DNA from: Candidatus Magasanikiibacteriota bacterium
GTDB taxonomy: Bacteria; Patescibacteriota; Patescibacteriia; Magasanikbacterales; GWA2-37-8
Direction: 5' to 3'
Assembly: GCA_026396515.1 (NCBI GenBank)
Contig: JAPLWQ010000003.1
Location: 99,569-163,568 of the forward strand
Length of the DNA stretch: 64,000 nucleotides
In this document: positions 1 through 8,353 of the stretch, piece by piece
How the letters are laid out: each line of letters opens with the position of its first letter
Numbering within the stretch: position 1 is the first letter of the stretch
Program-made: the position numbers and the translations under genes
The notes under the pieces: model-generated
The model's input: the letters and a program-made list of their open reading frames with translations, nothing else
Told to the model about the DNA's origin: nothing
Database searches by the model: none

Positions 1-923
1 AAAATATACGAGAAATTGAGCACAATGGCCTATTGTGGGTTAACGTGGCAAGACAAACTGAAAAGGATTTGGTTCAAATTCAAAAACGATTTGGGCTGCT
101 TGAGCAGGATATTCAAGAAAGTTTGCCGCCGTTTCAGCGTGCGAAAATTGTAAAAAGAGATAATTATTATTTCATGGTTTTGCATTTTCCGGTTTATAAC
201 CGCAATACCATGCGCCTCGGCTTTACGGAGGTCGATTTCTTCCTTAGCGCAAATTACATAGTTACTGTTCACGACTCGCGTTTGCCGGTTTTGGATCAAT
301 TTTTTAATGAATGTAAGAAATATCCGGAGCACAGGCAAAATTATTTCAGCGGCACTGCCGTTCATACCCTATTTGAGCTTTTGACCCGGCTGCTCGACTC
401 GATTTTCCCGATTCTTTTGCATGTTAATGAAGACATAAACACAGTTGATAAAAAATTGTTCACAAAATTTACCGGCCGGCAAATGGCTGAAGAGATACTA
501 AGGTTAAAAACAAATATTGTAACTTTCCGGCGTACGATGCAGGGCCACCGTACCGTCCTTGAACGCCTTATTATGTATAGCGGCCGGGAGCTGGACCTGA
601 TGGCTTACCAGAACTATATTAATAATTTGCGGGAATTTACCAATGAAATTTGGCACATGCTGGAAAGTCAGAAAGAAAGCATTAATGCTTTACACGAAAC
701 AAATGAATCAATCGTCAGTTTGCGCACCAATGAGGTGATGAAGACACTGACCATTATTTCAGTTATTACTTTTCCATTAACGCTAATTGCTACAGTATTT
801 GCCATTGATGCCAACGGCCGGCCGTTTGTTGATATGCCGTATGGATTTTATCTTATTTGCGGGTTGATGGCCCTGGGCGTTATAATGATGGTGGGTATAT
901 TTAAAAAGAAAGATTGGTTGTAA
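1..923 (+). CDS. corA: CorA-family divalent cation transporter, 5' end cut by the window edge
   Basis: The frame is open to position 1. The C-terminus (two TM helices ending ...GVIMMVGIFKKKDWL) aligns by eye to CorA C-termini. The canonical GMN signature is not obvious. Confidence 0.75.
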   Translation, partial: NIREIEHNGLLWVNVARQTEKDLVQIQKRFGLLEQDIQESLPPFQRAKIVKRDNYYFMVLHFPVYNRNTMRLGFTEVDFFLSANYIVTVHDSRLPVLDQFFNECKKYPEHRQNYFSGTAVHTLFELLTRLLDSIFPILLHVNEDINTVDKKLFTKFTGRQMAEEILRLKTNIVTFRRTMQGHRTVLERLIMYSGRELDLMAYQNYINNLREFTNEIWHMLESQKESINALHETNESIVSLRTNEVMKTLTIISVITFPLTLIATVFAIDANGRPFVDMPYGFYLICGLMALGVIMMVGIFKKKDWL

Positions 924-984
924 AAAATCGCCCCGACATTGGTCGTGGCGATTTTTTGTCCGCTTCTTGCGGATTTTTTTATAG

Positions 985-3231
985 CTATTTTATTTTTATT
1001 TCGTAAATTTTATTTGAGTCCAACACATAGGCGGTACCCTTTGACTCTTCCACCGCAAAAGAGGACGGTCCGGTGAAATCTTCGGCGGTCATCTGCCGTA
1101 AAAGCTTTCCGGTTTTGTCATAAATTATTACCCGCTTGTTTTTTGCATCAAGCAGGTAGATATTGTTAAGATCTGTGTAAGTCCAAATTTCGTTTGCCGA
1201 ATCGAGTGGAGGTTCAGGCGGTTCCAAATTTAGCGGCTGGGGTTCTCCCTGGGTGAATTTATACAGCTCCCCGGTTGCTTTAAGAATGTACATATCTCCG
1301 TCTATAGCCATATCAACGCCATCGCGAATGTTCAAAGTTGAATTTGTCAGCCAGTCTTTTCCCTGCCCGAATCCGCCTTTAATATTATCGTGCCGGTAAA
1401 TTTGGTTTGCCGCCACGTCCAGCGTGTATAGGCGCCGGTTATAAACAATCAGCGATTTGATTTCCGGGGCTCCGGCATAGCTGATTTCGCCCTTCTTAAT
1501 ACTTGCGGTTTTTGGGTCAAATATGACAATTGTTTTTTTATCAGAGGAAAGAAGCACTGCATAGTCGTTTTCTTTTGGCACAGCACCGGCTATAAATCCG
1601 TTAAGTGCATTTTCTGACGCGATAATAAATTTATTTTCTTTTGTTAATAGATCGTAGACCGCCACAGTAGAAGTATTTGATGCAAAACCAATTAATTTAC
1701 TTTCAACCTTGACGATTTTTTCGACCGTGCCAAAACCAAGCGCGCCCCAATCAACCACCAGCGCGGCTGCAACCGTATCCATTCTTCTTAACTTTTGCGT
1801 TAAGGTTGCCAGGCGGCCGGATATTTCGCTGCAAATTTGCTTATCAGCCGGTTGACAAACAAAATTCGCCAGAAGATTTTTCGCCTCATTTGCCTGCTGT
1901 TTTGCGCTATTTTCGTCGCCATATATTAAGGCGCTCTCTGCCGCGTCCGTCTGGTTCTTTACCAATTGGAGCCCTTCGCGATAAGCCTGGTTTGCTTCTA
2001 TCCGATTTTTTTGCGTTTGAAGATATAGAACGCTGCCGATAAATACGACGGCCACAGTAATTGATGCGATCGCCAAAATTTTTGTGATCAATGGAAGCTC
2101 GTTCATGCGCCGCTTAAAAGCACGAATACTGTCCGCCCATGATTCAAGGATGGCCCGACGGCGGTTTTGCAAATTAGTGGCGACGAAAAAAAGCATGATA
2201 ATAAGCCGCCCCAGATTAACTATCAATTTTGCCAAAATGAAGAAAAAATAATAAACGCCGTAGCCAATATAGCGCAGGCCTTTTCCGATAATTTTTATGG
2301 CTGAAATAATTTTTGGGCCGATTGGTTCTGCCGTTTTTATCACCGGGCGCTGTTTAAGATGGGCGGAAGCTGTTTGAGGCACAATCTTTTCAGTGACCGG
2401 CGCAGCGTCATCATCATCTTCTTTATCATCCGTTCGCATCTTATTGTTTATATTGTCAAATAAAGAAGGGGACAAGGTGCGGGCGGTTTTTTGCTCAGCG
2501 TTAAAAATAGTATTTTCACTTGCCACTTTGGCGATTTTTTCAGTTTTTACAATGTCGGTTTCCGGGGAAAAATGGATTATTAGACCGCCGAAAGAGTAGC
2601 CGTTTTTAATGCCGGCGAGAACTTTTTCGAAATGTTCGGCGCTTTGTTCAGTGGTGCGGCCGCCCGCTATTATTTTTTGAAGACGGTCGTGGTTAAAACA
2701 GCTGGCAATGTGGGAAGTGCCGACAAAAAAATAGTCGCCCGGGCTGACGCGGCCTTGGATGATTTGCGAAAAAAGTTTGTCCTCACCGGCATCCTCTTCA
2801 TTGGCCGCCACTAAATCCATCTTTTGAAATTGGCCGGATTTGTTTTTGTAAAACAACAGCGCCTCCGGATGTCCGCAAAAGGAAAAAACCAGCTCATTTC
2901 CCCGCAGGGCGCCGACCAGGCAGTGTAAATCCGCCTCCGGCCTGGTTAAAGCGAAATTTTCATGATTGATTTTGTCCAATATTACTTCCAGTGCATCCTT
3001 ATTTGGTTCGTTAGGTATTTCGTAGTAATCATTTTCCACCTGGTCCATCAGTGCTTGGAGGTTGACCACGTCTTCCTTGTCTCCGTTGTTGATTTCACAG
3101 GCGACAAAAAAATAGCCCTTTTCCTTTTCTTCTTCCGGGGTAGAGGGCTGTATAATATGCAATAAAACGTGTGAAAGCTCTTGGTTATCGCCTTCAACAA
3201 AAAATTCGTTTAATTGAAGCACAGAGTTCAT
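985..3231 (-). CDS. Large membrane protein with an N-terminal cytoplasmic domain, central TM segments and a C-terminal beta-propeller-like repeat region (hypothetical)
   Basis: 748-aa ORF. It has a hydrophobic stretch (YGVYYFFFILAKLIVNLGRLIIMLFFV...ITVAVVFIGSVLYL) and a repeated ~40-aa periodicity in the C-terminal third. Confidence 0.5.
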   Translation of the reverse strand: MNSVLQLNEFFVEGDNQELSHVLLHIIQPSTPEEEKEKGYFFVACEINNGDKEDVVNLQALMDQVENDYYEIPNEPNKDALEVILDKINHENFALTRPEADLHCLVGALRGNELVFSFCGHPEALLFYKNKSGQFQKMDLVAANEEDAGEDKLFSQIIQGRVSPGDYFFVGTSHIASCFNHDRLQKIIAGGRTTEQSAEHFEKVLAGIKNGYSFGGLIIHFSPETDIVKTEKIAKVASENTIFNAEQKTARTLSPSLFDNINNKMRTDDKEDDDDAAPVTEKIVPQTASAHLKQRPVIKTAEPIGPKIISAIKIIGKGLRYIGYGVYYFFFILAKLIVNLGRLIIMLFFVATNLQNRRRAILESWADSIRAFKRRMNELPLITKILAIASITVAVVFIGSVLYLQTQKNRIEANQAYREGLQLVKNQTDAAESALIYGDENSAKQQANEAKNLLANFVCQPADKQICSEISGRLATLTQKLRRMDTVAAALVVDWGALGFGTVEKIVKVESKLIGFASNTSTVAVYDLLTKENKFIIASENALNGFIAGAVPKENDYAVLLSSDKKTIVIFDPKTASIKKGEISYAGAPEIKSLIVYNRRLYTLDVAANQIYRHDNIKGGFGQGKDWLTNSTLNIRDGVDMAIDGDMYILKATGELYKFTQGEPQPLNLEPPEPPLDSANEIWTYTDLNNIYLLDAKNKRVIIYDKTGKLLRQMTAEDFTGPSSFAVEESKGTAYVLDSNKIYEIKIK

Positions 3232-3362
3232 AAGGCCTCTTTGACTAAATACGTCTTTTATTATACTATATATGCGAAATGGCGTCCATTAAATAGTGGA
3301 TATTCAAGGCATCAGAATAATGGAAAAAAAACGTTAAATTATATCAAATCTGAAGCAAATGT

Positions 3363-3956
3363 ATGCTTGAACACATTTTTGGTTCAAGGACCAGGTTAAA
3401 AATGCTGCAGCTTTTTTTGGCGCACCCGGAAAAGGCTTATTTTGTGCGTGAATTATCCAGATTGATTGGAGTGCAATTAAATGCGGTCCGCCGCGAAATT
3501 GTCAATTTGGAGCATATTGGGCTTATCGCGCCTGTCACCCTGAAGTCGGATTATCCTGAAGGCGGGGGGCGCTGTAAATATTATCGCATGCAAAGCGACA
3601 GCATGCTGTATCCGGAATTCAAAGAATTAATTTCCAAAGTCCAGATTCTTGAAGAGAGAGAATTTGTGGAGCAGTTAAAAAAACGGGCGGGAAAGATTAA
3701 ATTCTTAATTCTGACCGGGTATTTTACCGGAGAAAAAGATGCTGAATCGGACATGCTTATTGTCGGTGAAGTTAAACCGGCCGTAGTAGCCAAATTGGTC
3801 CGCGAATTTGAAAAAAATATCAGCCGCGAGATGCGTTATACCGTAATGTCGCACAGCGAATTTACCGACCGCCGTGAAATTGGAGATAAGTTTCTTTATG
3901 GTTTGCTTGAAGCCAGACACATAACTGCTGTTGACGAATATCGTCTGGTGAATTGA
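3363..3956 (+). CDS. Winged-helix transcriptional regulator-like protein
   Basis: The N-terminus (FGSRTRLKMLQLFLAHPEKAYFVRELSRLIGVQLNAVRREIVNLEHIGLI) is wHTH-like. The 197-aa ORF has an upstream RBS. Confidence 0.5.
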   Translation: MLEHIFGSRTRLKMLQLFLAHPEKAYFVRELSRLIGVQLNAVRREIVNLEHIGLIAPVTLKSDYPEGGGRCKYYRMQSDSMLYPEFKELISKVQILEEREFVEQLKKRAGKIKFLILTGYFTGEKDAESDMLIVGEVKPAVVAKLVREFEKNISREMRYTVMSHSEFTDRREIGDKFLYGLLEARHITAVDEYRLVN

Positions 3957-3962
3957 TCTTAT

Positions 3963-4337
3963 ATGAAAGTAATTATTGACAATTCCGGGGACGGCCAAAC
4001 TGTTTTTTATCTGAAAGAAAAAAAGGTATGGATAAAAGAAGTCAGCAGTTGGGCAAAATCGTTATTGGCTTGTCTGGAGTTTGTTCTTAAAAAACACAGG
4101 AGAAAAATAAATGATCTTTCGGGAGTGGCCGTAGTGGTTGGCGTCGGCAGATTTACGGCTGAACGGATTGCCGCCACTGTGGCGAATACCCTGGCTTTTG
4201 CTCTGAATATTCCGGTTGTCGCACTGCCGAAGGCAAATACAGTTGTTGCCGACAAAAAGTTTTTATCGGCTCGGCGCGGTGTGTATATCAGCGCCAAATA
4301 CAGCGGCGAAGCTCATATTGGCGGAAAGAATAAATAA
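3963..4337 (+). CDS. tsaB: Short TsaB (YeaZ)-like t6A biosynthesis protein
   Basis: MKVIIDNSGD...VVVGVGRFTAERIAATVANTLAFALNIPVVALP matches the TsaB IDTS...GPGSFTGVRIG core. It is a truncated 124-aa form. Confidence 0.65.
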   Translation: MKVIIDNSGDGQTVFYLKEKKVWIKEVSSWAKSLLACLEFVLKKHRRKINDLSGVAVVVGVGRFTAERIAATVANTLAFALNIPVVALPKANTVVADKKFLSARRGVYISAKYSGEAHIGGKNK

Positions 4338-4343
4338 CCAAGT

Positions 4344-5837
4344 ATGCTTATATCCGATTATCATAAATACCGCTTGTGCGAAATACTTCCCGGATTAAGC
4401 ATCTGGCTCACTCTGGCGCTTGCGGTAATACTGTCCTTTGTCAAGCCGCTATGGATGATTTATTTCATTATCGTATTTGATGTTTATTGGGTGCTGCGTG
4501 TGGTCTACTTTTCTTTTTATCTTATTTTGTCCTGGCGGCGATTCCGTATGGCGTTAAGAACCGATTGGCTGAATAAACTAAGAAATGAATTTCCGAATTG
4601 GGAAGAGAAAAAAAATGTTATTTTTTTGCCGCTTTACAATGAGGAATTTATCGTGATACAGGCAACGCTCGAAGCAATACTCAAATCAACCTATCCGGCT
4701 GAAAAGATGACAATAGTATTTTCCGGAGAGGCGCGCAATTTGCCGCATTGGCAAAATATGCAGCCGCAAATAATGAAATTGTATCAGGAAAGATTCGCCG
4801 ATATTGTATATTACACTCATCCGGCCAATTTGCCGGGCGAGATAGCCGGAAAAGGATCGAACCTGCATTACATGGAGTATCAGTTTAAAAAATATGCCGA
4901 TGAACGCGGTTGGAATTATATGAACATTATTGTTTCGGCATTTGACGTGGATACGGTGGTGCACGAACAGTATTTTGCTCATTTAAATTATATGTATTGC
5001 CGGCACCCCAGGCCGGACCACAGTTCTTTCCAGCCAGTCACATTGTACAACAACAACCTCTGGGAATCGCCGTCGGTTTTGCGCATCATGGCGTTTGGCA
5101 CCACTTTCTGGACAATGTTTTCTCTGGCCCGGTTGGATAATATGGTCACTTTTTCTTCGCACAGCATGAGTTTTAAGGCGCTGATGGATTGCGGCGGCCA
5201 TGCCAAAGATATTGTCAGTGAGGATTCGCGAATTTTTTATCAATGCTGGTTCAGCAATCAGGGCGATTATGAAGTTACGCCGTTATATATTCCGGTTTCC
5301 ATGGACACGGCGCGCGATGATAAATTGCTTAAAAGTTTAAAAAATTTATATTATCAACAGAGGCGCTGGGCCTGGGGGGTGGAGCATGTTCCTTATCTGA
5401 TGTGGCAATGGGGAAAATTTCCGCAAATTGGCCGGTTAAAAAAACTGGCTATGATATTTCATGAGTGGGAAGGAAAATGGAGTTGGGCGCTTGTGGCCAT
5501 ACTTATCACTTTGCTCGGCCGTCTGCCTTTGTGGGTGGCGCAGGAAGAGGTAAGGCAAAGCGCGTTGTTTTTCAACACGCCGCATGTTCTGGAAATAATG
5601 ATGACGGTGGCCATGCTCGGGTTGTTTATTTCAGCCATTATGTCCATGCTTATTTTGCCGCGCCGGCCGATAGGACACTCGCGCTATATGTATCTGATAA
5701 TGATTTTACAATGGGCTTTGCTCCCGGTATCCCTGATAGTTTTTTCAGCCATTCCCTGCATCGATGCGGTTACCCATTTAATGTTCGGAAAATATCTTGG
5801 TTTCAACGTATCTGCTAAAAAAAGGGCAGCAGTATAA
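4344..5837 (+). CDS. Family-2 processive glycosyltransferase (cellulose/chitin-synthase-like) integral membrane protein
   Basis: It has a QQRRWAWG (QxxRW) motif, a D,D,D-type GT-A region and multiple TM helices at both ends. Confidence 0.65.
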   Translation: MLISDYHKYRLCEILPGLSIWLTLALAVILSFVKPLWMIYFIIVFDVYWVLRVVYFSFYLILSWRRFRMALRTDWLNKLRNEFPNWEEKKNVIFLPLYNEEFIVIQATLEAILKSTYPAEKMTIVFSGEARNLPHWQNMQPQIMKLYQERFADIVYYTHPANLPGEIAGKGSNLHYMEYQFKKYADERGWNYMNIIVSAFDVDTVVHEQYFAHLNYMYCRHPRPDHSSFQPVTLYNNNLWESPSVLRIMAFGTTFWTMFSLARLDNMVTFSSHSMSFKALMDCGGHAKDIVSEDSRIFYQCWFSNQGDYEVTPLYIPVSMDTARDDKLLKSLKNLYYQQRRWAWGVEHVPYLMWQWGKFPQIGRLKKLAMIFHEWEGKWSWALVAILITLLGRLPLWVAQEEVRQSALFFNTPHVLEIMMTVAMLGLFISAIMSMLILPRRPIGHSRYMYLIMILQWALLPVSLIVFSAIPCIDAVTHLMFGKYLGFNVSAKKRAAV

Positions 5838-5839
5838 AT

Positions 5840-7324
5840 ATGACTTTTAAAAGATTTGTAAAAATTTCATTTCTGACGATTCTCGCCCTGCTTGTCGCCG
5901 GCGGTACTTTTATATTTTTTTGGTATCGCTCCGGCGGTCTTCAGCAAACTGTAATTCAAAAAATCGGCAAGCAATTTTTGTCTATTGATGAAAATACGCC
6001 CCCGGAAAACGGACAGACGTCCATTGACGGGGCAGCCGCCACTAATTTTGTACAAGAATTTTTTGGCTTGAGGGAGCCGCAGACATATTTGATAATGTTT
6101 TTGAACAATACCGAACTTCGGCCCGGCGGAGGCTTCATCGGAACATACGCAGTGGTGACTATGGATAAGGCCAATCCGAATATTGCAAAAGTTGAGGGCA
6201 CGGAAGTTCTTGATAATTTAGCGCCAAAGAATTTTCCTTCTGAGCCGCCGGCGCCGATCCGCGAATATCTTGGGCTGGACCGCTGGTATTTCCGCGATTC
6301 AAATTGGTCGCCGGATTTTAAAATATCGGCCGCCAAATCTCTTGACCTTTATCGCAAAGAAAATGGCGTTTTGGCAGACGATATAGATGCCGTCATCGGG
6401 TTTACTCCCACGCTGGTTGAAGATTTACTGCGCATTTCCGGTCCGGTCACGGTAAACGAAGTGGAGTTTACCGCGGATAATTTTACCGAGAAATTGGAAT
6501 ATGAGGTGGAGTACGGATTTGCCAAGAAAAATGTTCCTTTTGAACAGCGTAAAAAAATGCTGGCCGATTTGGCAAAAACAGTGATCATAAGCACAGCCAA
6601 AAACGCATTTTTGCATTGGGGAGAATATAAGGATCTGGTGGAAAAAATGCTGGCGGAAAAACAGATGATGGTTTATTCGCCCAATCAGGATTTTCAGAAA
6701 ATTTTTGAGAGCAAAAATTGGGCCGGTGAAATGTCCGGTGTAAGCTATGACTATTTAATGTGGGTTGATGCCAATCTTGGCGCGCTTAAAACCGACTGGG
6801 CGATTGAGCGGGAATTGACCTATGGGCTCAACCAGATAAGCGACGGACGTTATGTGGCAAAAGCAAAAATGACTTTTAATCATCGTGGTAAATTTGACTG
6901 GCGCACCACCAGATATCGTGACTACGCCCGCGTTTATGTGCCGGTGGGCAGTAAATTAATCAGAGTGAACGGTTCTATGAAATCGGATAAAAGTTCGGAC
7001 CCCGGTGTTGTTGACCAGGGTATAGAAAATGGCCGTCAATGGTTCGGTGCTTTTATCTCTATTGAACCTGGACGCACCGGAGAGCTGTCCTTTGAATACT
7101 TTGTGTCGCCGGAAGTGGTGCAACGGCTTAAAGCCAATGACTATCGTCTGTTTGTTCAAAAACAACTCGGCACGAATAATGTAAAATTATCGTTTCAATT
7201 AAATTTATCCAATATTTTGGCGTTTGCCTCTCCGGGAGAACCGTCCGGAAGACATGGTGACAATAAATATGAAAATAGCATGATTCTTAAAAAAGATATT
7301 GAATTGGAGGTTAGAACTAAATAA
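5840..7324 (+). CDS. Membrane-anchored extracytoplasmic protein (possibly DUF4012-like), hypothetical
   Basis: 494-aa ORF with an N-terminal TM anchor, adjacent to the GT2 gene. No catalytic motif was recognised. Confidence 0.45.
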   Translation: MTFKRFVKISFLTILALLVAGGTFIFFWYRSGGLQQTVIQKIGKQFLSIDENTPPENGQTSIDGAAATNFVQEFFGLREPQTYLIMFLNNTELRPGGGFIGTYAVVTMDKANPNIAKVEGTEVLDNLAPKNFPSEPPAPIREYLGLDRWYFRDSNWSPDFKISAAKSLDLYRKENGVLADDIDAVIGFTPTLVEDLLRISGPVTVNEVEFTADNFTEKLEYEVEYGFAKKNVPFEQRKKMLADLAKTVIISTAKNAFLHWGEYKDLVEKMLAEKQMMVYSPNQDFQKIFESKNWAGEMSGVSYDYLMWVDANLGALKTDWAIERELTYGLNQISDGRYVAKAKMTFNHRGKFDWRTTRYRDYARVYVPVGSKLIRVNGSMKSDKSSDPGVVDQGIENGRQWFGAFISIEPGRTGELSFEYFVSPEVVQRLKANDYRLFVQKQLGTNNVKLSFQLNLSNILAFASPGEPSGRHGDNKYENSMILKKDIELEVRTK

Positions 7325-7325
7325 T

Positions 7326-8333
7326 ATGTTTATAAAAAAAGTCGGAGTTGATCTCGGCACAAATAATGTTCGCGTTTATGTGCCGAAAAAAGGAGTAGTA
7401 ATTAATGAACCGTCGGTAGTGGCAATTTCCAAAAATGATGGAAAAATTTTGGCTGTCGGTTTGGAAGCGAAAGATATGCTGGGCCGCACTCCGGACTCAA
7501 TTTCCGCCGAGCATCCGCTTAAAGAAGGGGTGATTGCCAATTACAAAACCACTGAAGCGATGCTGCGGTATTTTATTAATAAAGCTTTGGGCGGCGTGCA
7601 CCTATTCAGGCCGGAAGTAATGGTGGCGGTTCCGAGCGGTATTACTTCAACCGAACGCCGCGCTGTGATAGATGCGACCATTGCCGCCGGTGCGCGTGCC
7701 GCATATCTGATTAAAGCTCCACTGGTTGCCGCCATCGGCGCGGATATTCCCATTGGTGCCGCGTCAGGACATATGGTGATTGATGTTGGCGGCGGTACAT
7801 CTGAGATTGCCGTGATATCGCTGGGCGGCATTGTCGCCAGCGGTTCAGTTCGCATTGGCGGAAATAAATTTGACCAAGCCATCGCCGAGTATATCAGAAG
7901 AAAGTATAACCTGGCCGTAGGCGTACACACGGCGGAAGAAATAAAAACCAGCGTCGGCTCGGCCATGTTTATGGGCAAGCCGTTAACCGCAGAAATTAAA
8001 GGGCAGGATATGGTTTCCGGATTGCCGCGAATTGTCACCGTTACTTCCGATGATGTCACTGAAGCGCTTCAACATGATTTAGAATTATTAATGAAAGCGA
8101 TTAAAGATGTTTTGCACGATACTCCACCTGAACTTTCTGCCGACGTGATGGACAAGGGGATAGTACTAACGGGCGGTTCAGCGCAACTTCGCCATCTGTC
8201 GGATTTAGTTACTGAAACAACCGGTGTGCCGACCTATGTGGCTGAAGATCCGTTGTTTTGTGCTGTAAAAGGTACGGGTACGGCTTTGGAAAATATTGAC
8301 AGCTACAAGAGAAGTATTTTAGCGACAAGATAA
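7326..8333 (+). CDS. mreB: Rod-shape determining protein MreB
   Basis: The MFIKKVGVDLGTNNVRVYV... actin-fold phosphate-1 motif and the DVGGGTSEIAVISLGG phosphate-2 motif are present. The ATG at 7326 follows the upstream stop, and the ORF track gives an alternative start at 7299. Confidence 0.9.
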   Translation: MFIKKVGVDLGTNNVRVYVPKKGVVINEPSVVAISKNDGKILAVGLEAKDMLGRTPDSISAEHPLKEGVIANYKTTEAMLRYFINKALGGVHLFRPEVMVAVPSGITSTERRAVIDATIAAGARAAYLIKAPLVAAIGADIPIGAASGHMVIDVGGGTSEIAVISLGGIVASGSVRIGGNKFDQAIAEYIRRKYNLAVGVHTAEEIKTSVGSAMFMGKPLTAEIKGQDMVSGLPRIVTVTSDDVTEALQHDLELLMKAIKDVLHDTPPELSADVMDKGIVLTGGSAQLRHLSDLVTETTGVPTYVAEDPLFCAVKGTGTALENIDSYKRSILATR

Positions 8334-8353
8334 TAATCTAATATTTTTTATAT

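Noticed and set aside
4686-5818. Several nested ORFs (4686-4982, 4983-5243, 5465-5818) within the GT2 gene
   Set aside because: They are embedded in a 497-aa gene with a QxxRW motif and continuous TM architecture, and are alternative-frame artefacts.
7541-8059. 172-aa minus-strand ORF inside mreB
   Set aside because: It lies antisense to a highly conserved gene. It is Ala/Ser-rich with no start context, a typical shadow ORF.
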